Assembly (NCBI GenBank): GCA_002269645.1
Contig: NIVC01003802.1
Location: forward strand, 12,210-76,209
From: Macrostomum lignano
Lineage: Eukaryota
DNA: 64,000 bases
Direction of reading: 5' to 3'
How positions within the stretch are numbered: position 1 is the stretch's first letter; the number at the start of each line of letters is the position of its first letter. Below, piece after piece: positions 36,274-49,150 of the stretch. The translations under genes were made by a program, and so were the position numbers. The notes under the pieces were generated by a model. The model was not told the DNA's origin and did not search any database. It saw only the letters and a list, made by a program, of their open reading frames with translations.

Positions 36274-38305
36274 TTATTTCTCCTTCTTAGCAACAAAACC
36301 GTGGCGTTCCATGCTGGCTACCGACTTCAGCACAGCGGCTACATCCGGCTGTTTTGTGTGCTGCTCGCTTGAATTGGAACCGCTTCCACCACTACCAGCA
36401 GCAGCAGCGGTGGTGGCGGTCGACCTGCGAGCCGACGGCTTCATATAAGAGTGATAGAAGAAGTTGGCGAACAGCAGGAAGTAAGACAGGTACATGATGC
36501 TGCCAGATAGGGCGTTCGCGTCCGACACTTGGCAGGGCAGGCCGGCCTGGGTGAGTTCGATGGTGCACAGCGGTCCTTGTGGCTTTCTCCACAAATCACC
36601 AAATCAATCAAATCACAACACCCCCCCCCCAAACACCTCTCCAAATGCTTACCCGCTTAGTCCACTGCACGTAGGCAAAAACCAGACAGCCGATGATCAT
36701 CTGCACAATCTGCATGCTGGTGATGCACATGCTGGTCCAACGGGGCGGACGGAATTGCATCGCGCGCAGGGCATAGTAGGAGTACATAAACGCGTGCACA
36801 GTGTAGTTCATAGCGAAGAACCATCTGAGAAATTGCATAACAAAACTTATGCTAATCATCCCGATTTAAATCGTACTAGTTAGATTAAAGAGTCTCACCT
36901 GCCAGGAGCCGTGTGCTCAGAGTAGCTCTGGAACACGTACATGAGAACGGTGATGTGATGGTACCAGTGCAAGAACATTAAATTCTGCTTGCGCAGCACA
37001 ATAAAGGCTGTGTCGCCAAGTTCGTAGGCTTTGCTAAGTACAAAGCAGATTGACCAGAAACCTGTGACGCCATAGAAATAGTTTGGATGGCAGATCGTGT
37101 GATGGAACGAATAGTTTTGCCAGGTGTGAATTAGTTCAGGCAGTGTCCTGGAAATTATCATGGTTTTTTGCGAATTGATTGAGCCTAATTTTGGCATAAA
37201 TTACTGCATTAGCTGTTGAGACAATGCCATACCGATAAGCTCCCATGATGCTAAAGATAGCCAAGATGCCGCTCCATGCAGCCAGCATTGGTCGCAAGTT
37301 GAATGGTGGACGATTCTTCATGTAGTGCTGGCCATAGAACACCATGGCAACATAGATGGCCGAGATATACACTGTGTAGTGCCAGTTTCTCTAAAACAAA
37401 TAAATGAGTATGATAATTAAAATTTATACACAGTAGTAAGAAAATAAATGCCAACAGAAACATAAAAGTCCAAAGATAGGTCAAAAAAGTCCAGTAAAAT
37501 TTTAAAATGAGCCTAAGTACAAAATGGAACAAGAGCAAAAAAAGATAGCATACTTCATAGTCTGAGCTTACATTCCACCCCATTGCTAGATAGCTATGCA
37601 TTTAAGTTGGGCTTGTGCATTGTGATATACCAAGCTTCAATAATCTTAAGCTTATGGTCAAATTTGCACCTATCTAACACTTTGAAAAACTTAATTGGTT
37701 TATTGTTTTTATGGTAACACTTTTTGCACAAAAGTAAAAACTTAATATAAAGGGCAAACACTTTTAAAAACTCAATTAACAAAAAGAATCAACCTCTACA
37801 GAGAATTATTAGAAGCAAAAATTTCAATGTGTTGTGGATGGCCAGCTATTCATTGTTTGACTAGTGCACTACTATAGTTTGCATCATGTATTAATATAAT
37901 TATAATTAAAATATAAATACATTTGAAAAAATGGCGAAACTAGACAAAATCACATAAAAATATTTTAAACTATAAAACCCAAAACATAAAATCATTTACT
38001 ATTAAGTTTGCTAATTACTTTGACATTTGGCACAAAGATAAATTTAGGTTTAAAATTTAGTTACATAGAGATTGAAATATTGCGAATTGTGATTTAATTA
38101 TGCAAAAGCATTAAAATTTAAAAGCTGCCAAAAATGAAGTAAAAAAGTTAAGTAAACGTCTTACCTCAGTCCACGCACGAAAGTCCTCCTCTAGACCAGT
38201 TGACAATTTCTCAAAGTCGTACACAAAAGTAAAATTAGGAGAATCCATCTGCCCTAGTGCCCCACTATTGACAACATCGTCCACTGGAGAATACCGAATG
38301 GCCAT
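36274..38305 (-). CDS. ELOVL6: Very-long-chain fatty acid elongase, ELOVL3/6 (GNS1/SUR4) type; 5 exons, ~330 aa
   Basis: Exons 38305-38165, 37390-37233, 37147-36899, 36824-36653 and 36546-36274, all phase-compatible. Motifs [16 protein letters not shown] histidine box, [30 protein letters not shown] and a C-terminal KKEK dilysine ER signal. Confidence 0.93.
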
Positions 38306-41300
38306 ATCAACTAGTGAATTCGGACTACAGAAGATTCGATTATTGATTGATTAAAACCCTAAACATAGACCAGACCAGAGAGAAGCACATTTACATTCGT
38401 GATTCGTCAAGTGCCAGTGTCGAATATATAAATTGCTGCAAGTTAAAAGCAACAGCGTAATTATTTTATAACTTGTGTTAACAAATTTTTATTAAGCTAC
38501 TTGTTTTTAAAAAAATATATAAACCAATTTCTATAGTTCAATCGTTTGTATCTTAAAAATAAAACTATTTTGTTTTAGCAAACAAAATAAACCGTAAAGA
38601 TCATTTATAATTTAAGCTCACTTCGCGGTCAACTCCAGCACCCGAATTTTTAATCAAGCCAGCTGTGTCAGTTGCAAAAAACTGAAAAAATAGAATAGAT
38701 ATAAATTGCTTTTGGAATTGGTTCAGAGTTTTCAGAAGTGTGACGATTAAATGGCAGACTCAGGATCAAATGACGAAGGCGAATACACGGAGGCAAACTG
38801 TGTAGCGCGGTAGCACTCGATGATATTGACGAATGATGCGGCAATGGCCGCAATTCTTATTTATGTATTATTTATTACTTATTTATGTACCCGTATGTTT
38901 GGATAGTTAAGGCTCGTTTGTTATCAATTCCGTCTGGGTAGTTAATAGAGATGGACCTGCGCGTATTTGCTGAATCCGTATTAATTTAATTAGGAATGCA
39001 CTAGGCGGCTGCGCAACAATAAGATAGATGATAGAGCGAGTTGATGAGTCTGAGGCAATGTATAGTTGAGTATGTGGTTTGAGAGATTGACAATGATTAA
39101 GTGTCTTGGTCTAGCAATTCCTAATCAATCATTTGCAATTAATTTGACGATCATTTATTCACATTTTTTATGCAGAACAATACATTAAATACAAACAATG
39201 CGTTGTTTTTAGGATCGTCAAGCAGCATAACAATGCAAAGAATCAGCAGTCGTCGCAGCCCGTGACAACGATTTGTCTATTTCTTTCTATTTTTATTATT
39301 ATCTATTTACTGTCTATTTTTATTTCTTTGTTCGCCGATGGCTCAGATAAGTAGCTAAGCTAGTAGGCGCCGGTCACAGTGGACCAATGGCAAGGCAGTT
39401 CTCAGTCGACCAATCTATCAAATCAGTGAGCAAAACTGCCAAAAGTGCAGAATCGGCGCCAGAGATGTACTTTGTGCACTCTAGGGTAGCCAAGCGGCTC
39501 GGGTAAATGAATCATGCGGTCTCTGAAGTTCGAGTTAGTCTATCATCAGCGCTATGAGAGGCTAGTTGGCGCGTTGAAGGCCAAAAGTACATATCTTCGT
39601 ATTTAGCAATGTAATAGTACATGTAGCTACCCCATAGACTCGCCACCGCAAGAATCCCCTGCACAAGTCCCCTCTGTACCTGCATGGCCAACGCGATCTA
39701 GTCCCAGCAGTGTCCCTTATCATCGGCTATGACTTCGAGATTGACAGCAAAAAGACACTAGTTGGCAGGTAAGTGCAAAGCCCCTTCTAGTCGGAAGCCC
39801 GATTTCGAGAGTCCCGGTGTGGTGAGCCAGGGCGCACGGGCTGGTGGCAGCAAGTTAGTTGATCTGCGGATTAGCTAATTTCTACTTTCAAAATTCTCCC
39901 TGCTCGTCTCTCGCTGCCCCTCTCTTAGCTATAGGACCTAGACTGCTCGCCACACGATCAAGCTACCATGGGGCTGACCATCTGACAGGAGTGGGGGGGC
40001 AGGTCTCTAATTGATTTATTTCTGAGCCTGAGGCCCGAAGGCTTCCCTAACAAGGAGCCCGAAGGTCGAAACCCATCAGAGGCGTGGCTTAAGAACTGTG
40101 GCGGAGCGAGAGAGAGAGAGGCTTTTCATATTACCAATTCCAGAATCAGAATCGGTTCGGATCTTCCAAGAAAAACAGCAGTATAACTATTTAATTCTGT
40201 TGAATGTTTGACTGCCTTAACAACCTCACTTAGCACAATTTTTCACTTTCTTCTTGGCGATTGTCATTCAATAATAAAAACTTTATAGCACGTATCTCCC
40301 TCTAGTTATGGAGACAAAAAGTTATACTTCACAAATTGGTTCTGGTTCTGGAACCAGAACAAGCAATATGAAAAGGCCAAGAGAGAGAGAGAGAGACGAA
40401 GAAGCAGCCGGAGTAGAAAAGAAAAAGCCTAACCCCGGGCGCCCCAGCCAGACAGGACTGATAACGAGCGGGCTGGGGTGGGTGCACGACAAAAGCTTAA
40501 TTTCAGGCTAGCATAATATATGCGCGGCTTTCCTATTGGCCGGTGCGAAAACCAACTAAATTAAAAACAGAAAATTGTCGATCGCATTGTCATACATGTA
40601 GGCTTACGAACGTCACGCAAATGTTGTTAAAATTTCTTGGGAATTACTATAAGCAGACGTTAGAGTACGAGACCATCAAATTAACAACATTATAGAATGG
40701 CACTGCTTTCGCTAAAGCGGCCCTTGTCGGCGCCACCTCAACTGACAAACGTCACAGAAGTAAAATTTTTGAAAAACTGCTGCATGTCACATTGTAGCTG
40801 CTCTTTCACATTTAATTGTTACATATAGTAACTAACATAGAAATGGATAAATAGATAGAAAAAATATATTCATAAAGCCAATGATTCAAGCTGTAAGTGA
40901 TATTTGTATGATTTTAAGGCAATTGCAGTACATACATGTCATACATACTATCGTAACGAATTATGTTGATAGGATATAAAATTAAGATATAACTGTAAAA
41001 TCATAATTTTATAAACGAAAAGATATATTACTATCAATTGAGCTATAAGAAAGGCAAGTCATATCAAAGTATGAAAGACTAGGTCTCAAATATTCCGGAA
41101 CCGCTAAGATATACGCTACAGGGTCTAAAGCAAGTTTATAAATTTTTGTATTTTTTAGTTTTATTTTATTGTCAAAAATAAAAATAAAACTATAGAAATA
41201 ACCTTTTTAGATTTTTTTAAACTTTAAATATAGCAAATTTTGTTAAAAGTACTTAAGGTTATATTTTGAGCTGGCTATTTTATAGGAAATGCTTTACGCT

Positions 41301-43289
41301 CAAATAAACTAACGTCAGTCGTCAAGTCAAGTCAAAAAATATATCAATCGATTGTGTAGTTACTTGGTGAAGCAAATGATTCAAGCAAGAAAGAAAAGTA
41401 TGTTGCTTTTATTTCCGTTTTAATTATAAATTGTATTTTTTACTATTTTTATTTTTTACCGATCGAAACATGTATACTATATATCTAGGAGTATCCAAGT
41501 CTAGATGTAGGCCTAGCACATTTAATTTAATAAAAAATGTTTTTAAATTTACAAAATCATTGCAGAAGGCAGACTTAATAGTAGAAATTTCAGTAGGATT
41601 GCTGAATAGCTATAATTTGAGCTTTATTAGTTACTTAAAAACTCGCAGGTGGGAAGACAATAAACAATATTTTTACCTTTAAGTTAGGTCTATACTATAA
41701 AAATAAGACAAGTAATATCAACCATTAATCTCTAATTTATGTTGTGATTGTTTTTAAAACAAAACGAATTTTTTTTGTCCCTTAAAAGAAAGAAAATCAT
41801 TTTACTAAAAGCATTTATTGGACTTCTCCAAGTTTAGATAAAGGACTATAAAAACTGCTACTAATTTATTAACCTTAACTTGCCATAGTCCAGATCACGG
41901 CAGGTGTATGCCAGAATAAAGATTCTAGTTTTTAAAATTCAATGCCAAAGTTCTATATAAATAAAAAAATTATGACAAGCATGAAGTTGCTTATATGCCA
42001 ACTTTATTTAGAAAGTATCTTTTTTATAAATAAGAGTTTTTCTAAACTAAAAAACATTTGTTCTTTGCTAGAACCTGGTATTCTTTGTTTTACTATTGTT
42101 TTCCTTCTAAGTTTTGTTATTATTTTCCATTTTTTTCTGATTATTTAAAAAACCTCTTTGATTGATTTTAACTATATTATAGATACTTAGCCTAACAATG
42201 AACAAATTGCCTATTTTTGTATGCAAAATATATAAACTAATGTTGAATCTGAAAATTATATATGCAAATGTACACCAAGATTGTCAGCAAGGATAAAACA
42301 TGCTGGAAAATTCCAGCATAAAGGCTACCTTCTGGACTATGGTCTCTAACTAGATCTTTAGTTGGGAAAATAGCCTTCTTCATAGAAAATTCTGGCACAA
42401 AAAGGGTTAACCATATGTTGCACCAGTGCATTCTAATGCAACAGCAAGCAGGGAGAAAAAATCTGGCACAATATAGCACAAAAATGGTACAATTTGGTAC
42501 AAAACAAAGAAAAATGATTTGACAATATTTTTACTAACAAAGTTAGTGCCTTTTTGTTTGCTAGTATATTGATAGCTTTTTTAATTAAACTAAGTCAACA
42601 TTGTAGTTTCTATGAAACATATTTAAATAAAATCTATCAATATTTTTTATTTGAAAAATATTGATGACTTTAGGCTTCTATATAATAAAAATGATTTGTT
42701 AGTAGGTAGGGCCTATCTAGATATATGATCAATTTAAAAAAAATGGCTCAAACCAATTTTCTTCAAACTTGCACCATTCAATTAGACATTTTTCTATGAC
42801 GGTATATGCCTCGTGGCTAAGAAATTGCTTGATGCTAAAGGAATTATATATTTGAAAAACATGCTTTTTTGCTAAGGTCAAGCAAAGTTTTCAACTTGAA
42901 ATGCATTGTAAGAATGCTAGAGAAAAACCTAACTGGTTGAATTCTGATTCTAAAATAGATTGTAGCACACTAGGCTTTTTATTTATCCAGTCTTTGTGTA
43001 CTAGCTATGTTGAAAATGCAGCATGAAAGCATAGCACAAGACTTGATTTATAGTGTGTAACCCTATTTTGCTAACTTTAATAGCAACTAGTTTTGACTTG
43101 CCTGAATAATTGATTATGTCATCATTGCTCTGTGTGACATTAACTGATTTGGTGTGAGTATTACATTATATAAGGCTACAAATTCATTTTATAAATTTGA
43201 TGAGAGTTAGCCTAGAGGTGAACAGACTAAACTTCTAATGCAGAAACCTAGGTTCAAGTCTTAGTGGTATAAAATAATTTTTTATTGAA

Positions 43290-43525
43290 AGATAAATCAA
43301 GGATTTTTGCACTTATTAAGCCAAGGATTATTGTACTTGATAAACCAAGGATTATTGCATTTGATAAGCCAGGGATTATTGCACTTGATAAACCAAGGAT
43401 TACTGCATTTGATAAACCCATGATTATTGAACTTGATAAACCAAGGATTATTGCATTTGATAAACCAAAGATCATTGCACTTGATAAACCAAGGATCATT
43501 GCACTTAATAAACCAAGGATTATGT
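43290..43525. repeat. 24-bp minisatellite (ATTGCACTTGATAAACCAAGGATT), array 1
   Basis: Direct reading. Confidence 0.93.
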
Positions 43526-44394
43526 TATGCTCCTTCCCAAGTTCTATTAGTTGTACCTAAAATAAACTTGCTGCTCCAGAAGTTGTTAGATTGTACCTCT
43601 GTACTACCTATCAATTTGCCTAAAAGAAACCTTAAACATTAGCCTTAGACTTGGTAGGGTTGCTGCCACCTTGGTTTGTACACTAAACTTGTCAGATGAG
43701 TTATCTATCTATAACCTAAAATAAAATATTAAAGTTTCTCAAAGCAAAGCAAATCTGAAAATGTCTCAACAGTTAATTGGCAAAGTTCCTAAAATTGTTG
43801 CTCAAACCTGAAAACTTGTAAGCCTGAAATGAGAGAAGGGGAGCTCCTTGCAAGTGGAGGCAGAGAGGAGATTCTGGTCTTCTAAGGAACACCTCTGAGG
43901 AAAAATAGCTCCCAGGTGCTCCATATTTATAGCCAAGCAGACCCCCAAAAGTCACATGAGTTTCATGCAGTGAGCACATGAACTTCCTTATTTGGGCCTC
44001 AGAGTCATGTTAAAAAGGTATGCTTCAAGGCCAACTTCCAAATAAGGTAATCATGCCAGGCAACATTGGCGTGACTCAAGGTCAGATGCCACACACCATA
44101 CTGTATGTGTATGCAGTCACATGCTTTAGTGTGCTAAAAATATATTTGGGGGGATGAGTCTTCTGTTTACTCCCTTCAAGCAACTATTACACTCCATGCA
44201 TCGGTGGGAAAAACATTGTGTGTAGCTACCTGCATACCAGCTTAGGCGATGAGTCATTAGGCAATAAACACTTAGGCCTAGCACAAGGTATCTCTCCTTA
44301 GATCAGGCAGACTAAACTGCTGTGCAGCAGAACACAGAGCACCTAGGAAAAGCTAGTGAATGCTGCTAAAAAGCCTGTTTGTAGCCAGTCAGTA

Positions 44395-44620
44395 CAATTA
44401 TTGCACTTGATAAAACAATGATCATTGAACTTTGTAAAACAAAGATTATTGCACTTGACAAGCCAAAGATTATTGCACTTGATAAGCCAAGGATTATTGC
44501 ACTTGATAAGCCAAGGATTATTGCACTTGATAAACCAAGAATTATTGTACTTGATAAGCCAAGGAATATTGCACTTGATAAACCAGGGATCATTCCACAT
44601 TAAACCAAAGAATTATTGCA
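44395..44620. repeat. 24-bp minisatellite, array 2 (same unit and orientation as array 1)
   Basis: Direct reading. Confidence 0.93.
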
Positions 44621-45674
44621 ATGGCTTTGAAAGGGACTTTTGAACTAGCTGAGATATCAATTTTTGCAATCTTTGCAATCTAGTGAAAGTTTAAAAAATA
44701 ATTTAAGTATTTTATTTTATCCTGTCTAAACTTGAAGAAGTCATTTGAAAAGTTTTTGGTAAAAAAGACTTAGGGCCTAAAAAGTTTTATATATAATAAA
44801 TAGAAGAATATTTTATTTAATAGGTCCAACTTAGGTCCAACAAGTATTCAAAAAATGAAATATTAATTTTATAATTATACTTTTATATTAACAGCTATTT
44901 CCTATTGTAGACTCAATACTTTTTTAATATAATAAGTAAGTCCATGATCTATAGCCATTAGCCCATTTTTCCCACTTTTTATATCATATTTAGGTTTAAT
45001 AATTTATTAAGCTATTGCAATTTTCTATACCTATCCTATTTAGATATGCCTAAAACTTTATTAGACCTATCTTAGCCTTAAGCCTATTTTTTTAGCCTAG
45101 CTAAACCATATTTATAACCAGTAAGTATGTGCTTAAATAATTTTTATTATATTTTATGTGATGATTTTAAATGCATTACATCAAAAAACATAGCATGTGC
45201 CAAATTGTTGCTAGTCAATGTCATATATTAGGCTTATATTGAATTTAGACTTACTGCTAAACTATGGCTTATCATAAATTACATATATCTAGTATTTTAA
45301 AATATTGTTTTATTTTATTATTGATAACTAATAAAACTATAAGAGACTATTTATATCGAGATAAGATAGGATATGCTATAAAATTATCAATATAAATTTA
45401 GTTTGGCAATTTAAGTTGGCAAAGTTGTTATAATATTTTTATTGACAGTATAATTTTTATAAGAAATCATTAAAATACTTTGTGTAAATTGATATTAATT
45501 TTTTGAATCATCCATTTTTTGTTTTGGCATATCTGGGCTTTGGCTGCTAATTCCTAGGTCTTGTTTGTCAATAATCAGATTAATTTAGCATTTGCTATTT
45601 TTATAGTACTTGAATATTTTTAATTGAAAGTTGTGCCTTCGAATAATGCATAAACTATTTTCTATTTCGCACAG

Positions 45675-48188
45675 AGCTCACTGAAAATGGCCCAATTCAC
45701 GAGCAGCACTTGCAGTCAGGTATTCAATTCTTAGTGAAGTACAGTGGCTCCCAGCTTATTGAAGATATTCGCCCTGGTCAGCAGTTCTCCGCCACTGCTG
45801 TGTCAGCTGCCATTCAAACTCTGCTGGACTTTGTAAGCTGTGTTCATAACAGTAGTTTGTACTTTATACTTTATAACTCTTATTACCATTTATCTCCCAT
45901 ATCTTCTCCCATCCCATCTCCCATACCATTTCCCATCCCATCTCCCATATCTTCTCCGATACCATCTCCCATCCCATCTCGCATCCCATCTCCTATCCCA
46001 TCTCGCATACCATCTCCCATCCCATATCCCATATCTTCTCCCATACCATCTCCCATCCCATCTCCCATCCCATCTCGCATTCCATCTCCTATCCCATCTC
46101 CTATCCCATCTCCTATCCCATCTCGCATACCATCTCCTATCCCATCTTCCATCCCTCCTCCCATTCATTCTCCCACCCTCTTTATCCCTTCCCATCCCTT
46201 CTCCTACTCCTTCATCAATATAAAATTGCACCGCTAGCAGCCCTCAACCCCACCTGGACCAATCAGAATCGCAAAGCTCGTCACCGGTCTACGCCGGCCG
46301 TCCTGACCCTGTCCATCCGGGGCATCGAGCTACGGAGCGTCGCTCCCCAGCCGGACCCCGCGGCCACAGACTCTCACTCTGTGTTAGTGAAGTCCGGCAT
46401 CGAGCGGATTGCCTACTGCACAGCCGATAAGCGAAATAATCGAGTGTTTGGCTTTGTTGCAAGAAATCAGATCAACGAAACTGTGGAACTGCATGTCTGC
46501 AAATGCGCCAACCAGAAAGAGGTTCGACGATTTTACATGGCTTGTTATAGGCGGGTAGATGGATCCCGGCCCCGGTAGATTGTAGATAAAGGCGGTAGAT
46601 TGTAAATAGAGACTGTAGATTGTAGATAGATATGGTAGATTGTAGATAGAGACGGTAGATTGTAGATAGGGACGGTAGATTATAGATAGAGGTGGTAGAT
46701 TGTAGATAGAGGTGGTAGATTGTAGATAGATAGAGACGGTAGATTGTAGATAGAGATGGTAGATTGTAGATAGAGATGGAAGATTGTAGATAGAGGTGCT
46801 AGATTGTAGATAGGGACAATAGATTATAGATAGAGATGGTAGATTATAGATAGAGATGGTAGATTGTAGATAGAGATGCTAGATTATAGATAGAGATGGT
46901 AGATTATAGATAGAGATGGTAGATTGTAGATAGAGATGCTAGATTATAGATAGAGATGGAAGATTGTAGATAGAGGTGCTAGATTGTAGATAGGGACAAT
47001 AGATTGTAGATAGAGATGCTAGATTGTAGATAGAGATGCTAGATTGTAGATAGAGGTGCTAGATTGTAGATAGAGATGATAGATTCTAGATAGAGACGGT
47101 AGATTGTAGATAGAGATTGTAGATTGTAGATAGAGATGGTAGATTGTAGATAGAGATGGTAGATTGTAGATAGAGATGGTAGATTGTAGATAGAGATGGT
47201 AGATTGTAGATAGAGATGGTAGATTGTAGATAGAGATGCTAGATTGTAGATAGAGATGCTAGATTGTAGATAGAGATGCTAGATTGTAGATAGAGATGCT
47301 AGATTGTAGATAGAGATGCTAGATTGTAGATAGAGATGCTAGATTGTAGATAGAGATGATAGATTCTAGATAGAGACGGTAGATTGTAGATAGAGATTGT
47401 AGATTGTAGATAGAGATGGTAGATTGTAGATAGAGATGGTAGATTGTAGATAGAGATGGTAGATTGTAGATAGAGATGGTAGATTGTAGATAGAGATGGT
47501 AGATTGTAGATAGAGATGGTAGATTGTAGATAGGGACGGTAGATTGTATTGTAGATAGGGACGGTAGATTGTAGATAGGGACGGTAGATTGTAGATAGGG
47601 ACGGTAGATTGTAGATAGAGATTGTAGATTGTAGATAGAGATGGTAGATTGTAGATAGAGATGGTAGATTGTAGATAGAGATGGTAGATTGTAGATAGAG
47701 ATGGTAGATTGTAGATAGGGACGGTAGATTGTATTGTAGATAGGGACGGTAGATTGTAGATAGGGACGGTAGATTGTAGATAGGGACGGTAGATTGTAGA
47801 TAGGGACGGTAGATTGTAGATAGGGACGGCAGATTGTAGATAGGGACGGCAGATTGTAGATAGGGACGGCAGATTGTAGATAGGGACGGCAGATTGTAGG
47901 CAGAGATGCAGAGTAGATCATACAGATGGCATAGTGGAGTCACCAGCCGCAGAATCTCCGACGCCCCCGCAGCCAGTTCAGCTGGCCTATTCACTGAACG
48001 AAGCGTTCAAAGTTGCCGCAAGAAATCTAGCGGAGCAGCAACGGCAGCAACCGCACGGCCTCGCGGCTGCGAGCATAGATGAGCAGCCGTTGGTTTGGTG
48101 CGAGGCCCAGGCTCGAACCCTGTCCGCTTCACGGGCCGACTCTTCAGCCTCGGAGCTTCAGAGCGGTTGGGTTCAGTTTTCAGCTTGA
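45675..48188 (+). CDS. LDLRAP1: PTB-domain endocytic adaptor, ARH/LDLRAP1 (GULP/CED-6)-like; 5' exon(s) not identified
   Basis: Exons 45675-45832, 46267-46521 and 47973-48188. [39 protein letters not shown] and LNEAFKVA match PTB motifs of ARH (ISYCTADK..KVFAYIA..LECH..AFKVA). The first exon seen starts in phase 1, so an upstream coding exon must exist. Confidence 0.75.
45893..46160. repeat. 12-bp minisatellite (CCATCTCCCATC variants) in a PTB-gene intron
   Basis: Direct reading. Confidence 0.93.
46575..47905. repeat. 20-bp minisatellite (GTAGATTGTAGATAGAGATG), ~1.3 kb, in a PTB-gene intron
   Basis: Direct reading; variants GGGACG/GAGATG/GAGACG occur in blocks. Confidence 0.97.
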
Positions 48189-48239
48189 CTTTTTATTAAA
48201 ATGTAAATGGGATTTTGTTTTGTTTGTTGGCATGTAATT

Positions 48240-49150
48240 GGAATTACACAGTGGTCATAGATGGTCAAACGAATTCCACAGTGGTCATAGATGGTCAGAC
48301 GAATTCCACATTGGTCATAGATGGTCAAACGAATTCCACATTGGTCATAGATGGTCAGACGAATTCCACATTGGTCATAGATGGTCAGACGAATTCCACA
48401 TTGGTCATAGATGGTCAAACGAATTCCACATTGGTCATAGATGGTCAAACGAATTCCACATTGGTCATAGATGGTCAAACGAATTCCACATTGGTCATAG
48501 ATGATTAAACGAAATCGAAATTGGTCATAGATGGTCAAATGAATTCGAAATTGGTCATTGATGATCAAACGAATTCCATATTAGTCATAGTTGGTCAAAA
48601 AAGTTCCATTGGTCATAGATAGTTGGTCAAACGAATTCCACATTGGTCATAGATAGTTGGTCAAACGAATTCCACATTGGCAATAGATAGTTGGTCAAAC
48701 GAATTCCACATTGGTCATAGATAGTTGGTCAAACGAATTCCACATTGGCAATAGATAGTTGGTCAAACGAATTCCACATTGGTCATAGATAGTTGGTCAA
48801 ACGAATTCCACATTGGTCATAGATAGTTGGTCAAACGAATTCCACATTGGTCATAGATAGTTGGTCAAACGAATTCCACATTGGTCATAGATAGTTGGTC
48901 AAACGAATTCCACATTGGTCATAGATAGTTGGTCAAACGAATTCCACATTGGTCATAGATAGTTGGTCAAACGAATTCCACATTGGCAATAGATAGTTGG
49001 TCAAACGAATTCCACATTGGTCATAGATAGTTGGTCAAACGAATTCCACATTGGTCATAGATAGTTGGTCAAACGAATTCCACATTGGTCATAGATAGTT
49101 GGTCAAACGAATTCAAAATTGGTCATAGATGATCAAACGAATTCGAAATT
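48240..49150. repeat. Minisatellite with a 30-bp unit (GAATTCCACATTGGTCATAGATGGTCAAAC) switching to a 34-bp unit after ~48600
   Basis: Direct reading; the 34-bp unit carries a 4-nt insertion (ATAGATAGTTGG vs ATAGATGG). Confidence 0.96.

Noticed and set aside
38747-38855. Short exon-like segment IAAIAASFVNIIECYRATQFASVYSPSSFDPESAI* on the minus strand
   Set aside because: Only 35 codons, no recognisable motif and no partner exons found.
40025-40085. Two GCCCGAAGG hairpins ending in CGAAAC, resembling a hammerhead ribozyme
   Set aside because: There is no CUGANGA core before stem II and no valid NUH cleavage triplet closing stem III.
40696-40760. MALLSLKRPLSAPPQLTNVTE as the first coding exon of the PTB gene
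   Set aside because: Its donor is phase 0 whereas the 45675 exon needs phase 1; it is unsupported without an intervening exon.
45710-46237. Read-through ORF joining the PTB exon to PSPI repeats
   Set aside because: A good GTAAGC donor at 45833 and an in-frame acceptor at 46266 restore a contiguous PTB domain, so the repeat is intronic.
47299-47994. Minus-strand ORFs with [20 protein letters not shown] repeats
   Set aside because: They are a product of the 20-bp minisatellite; the unit is not a multiple of 3 and lies within a PTB-gene intron.
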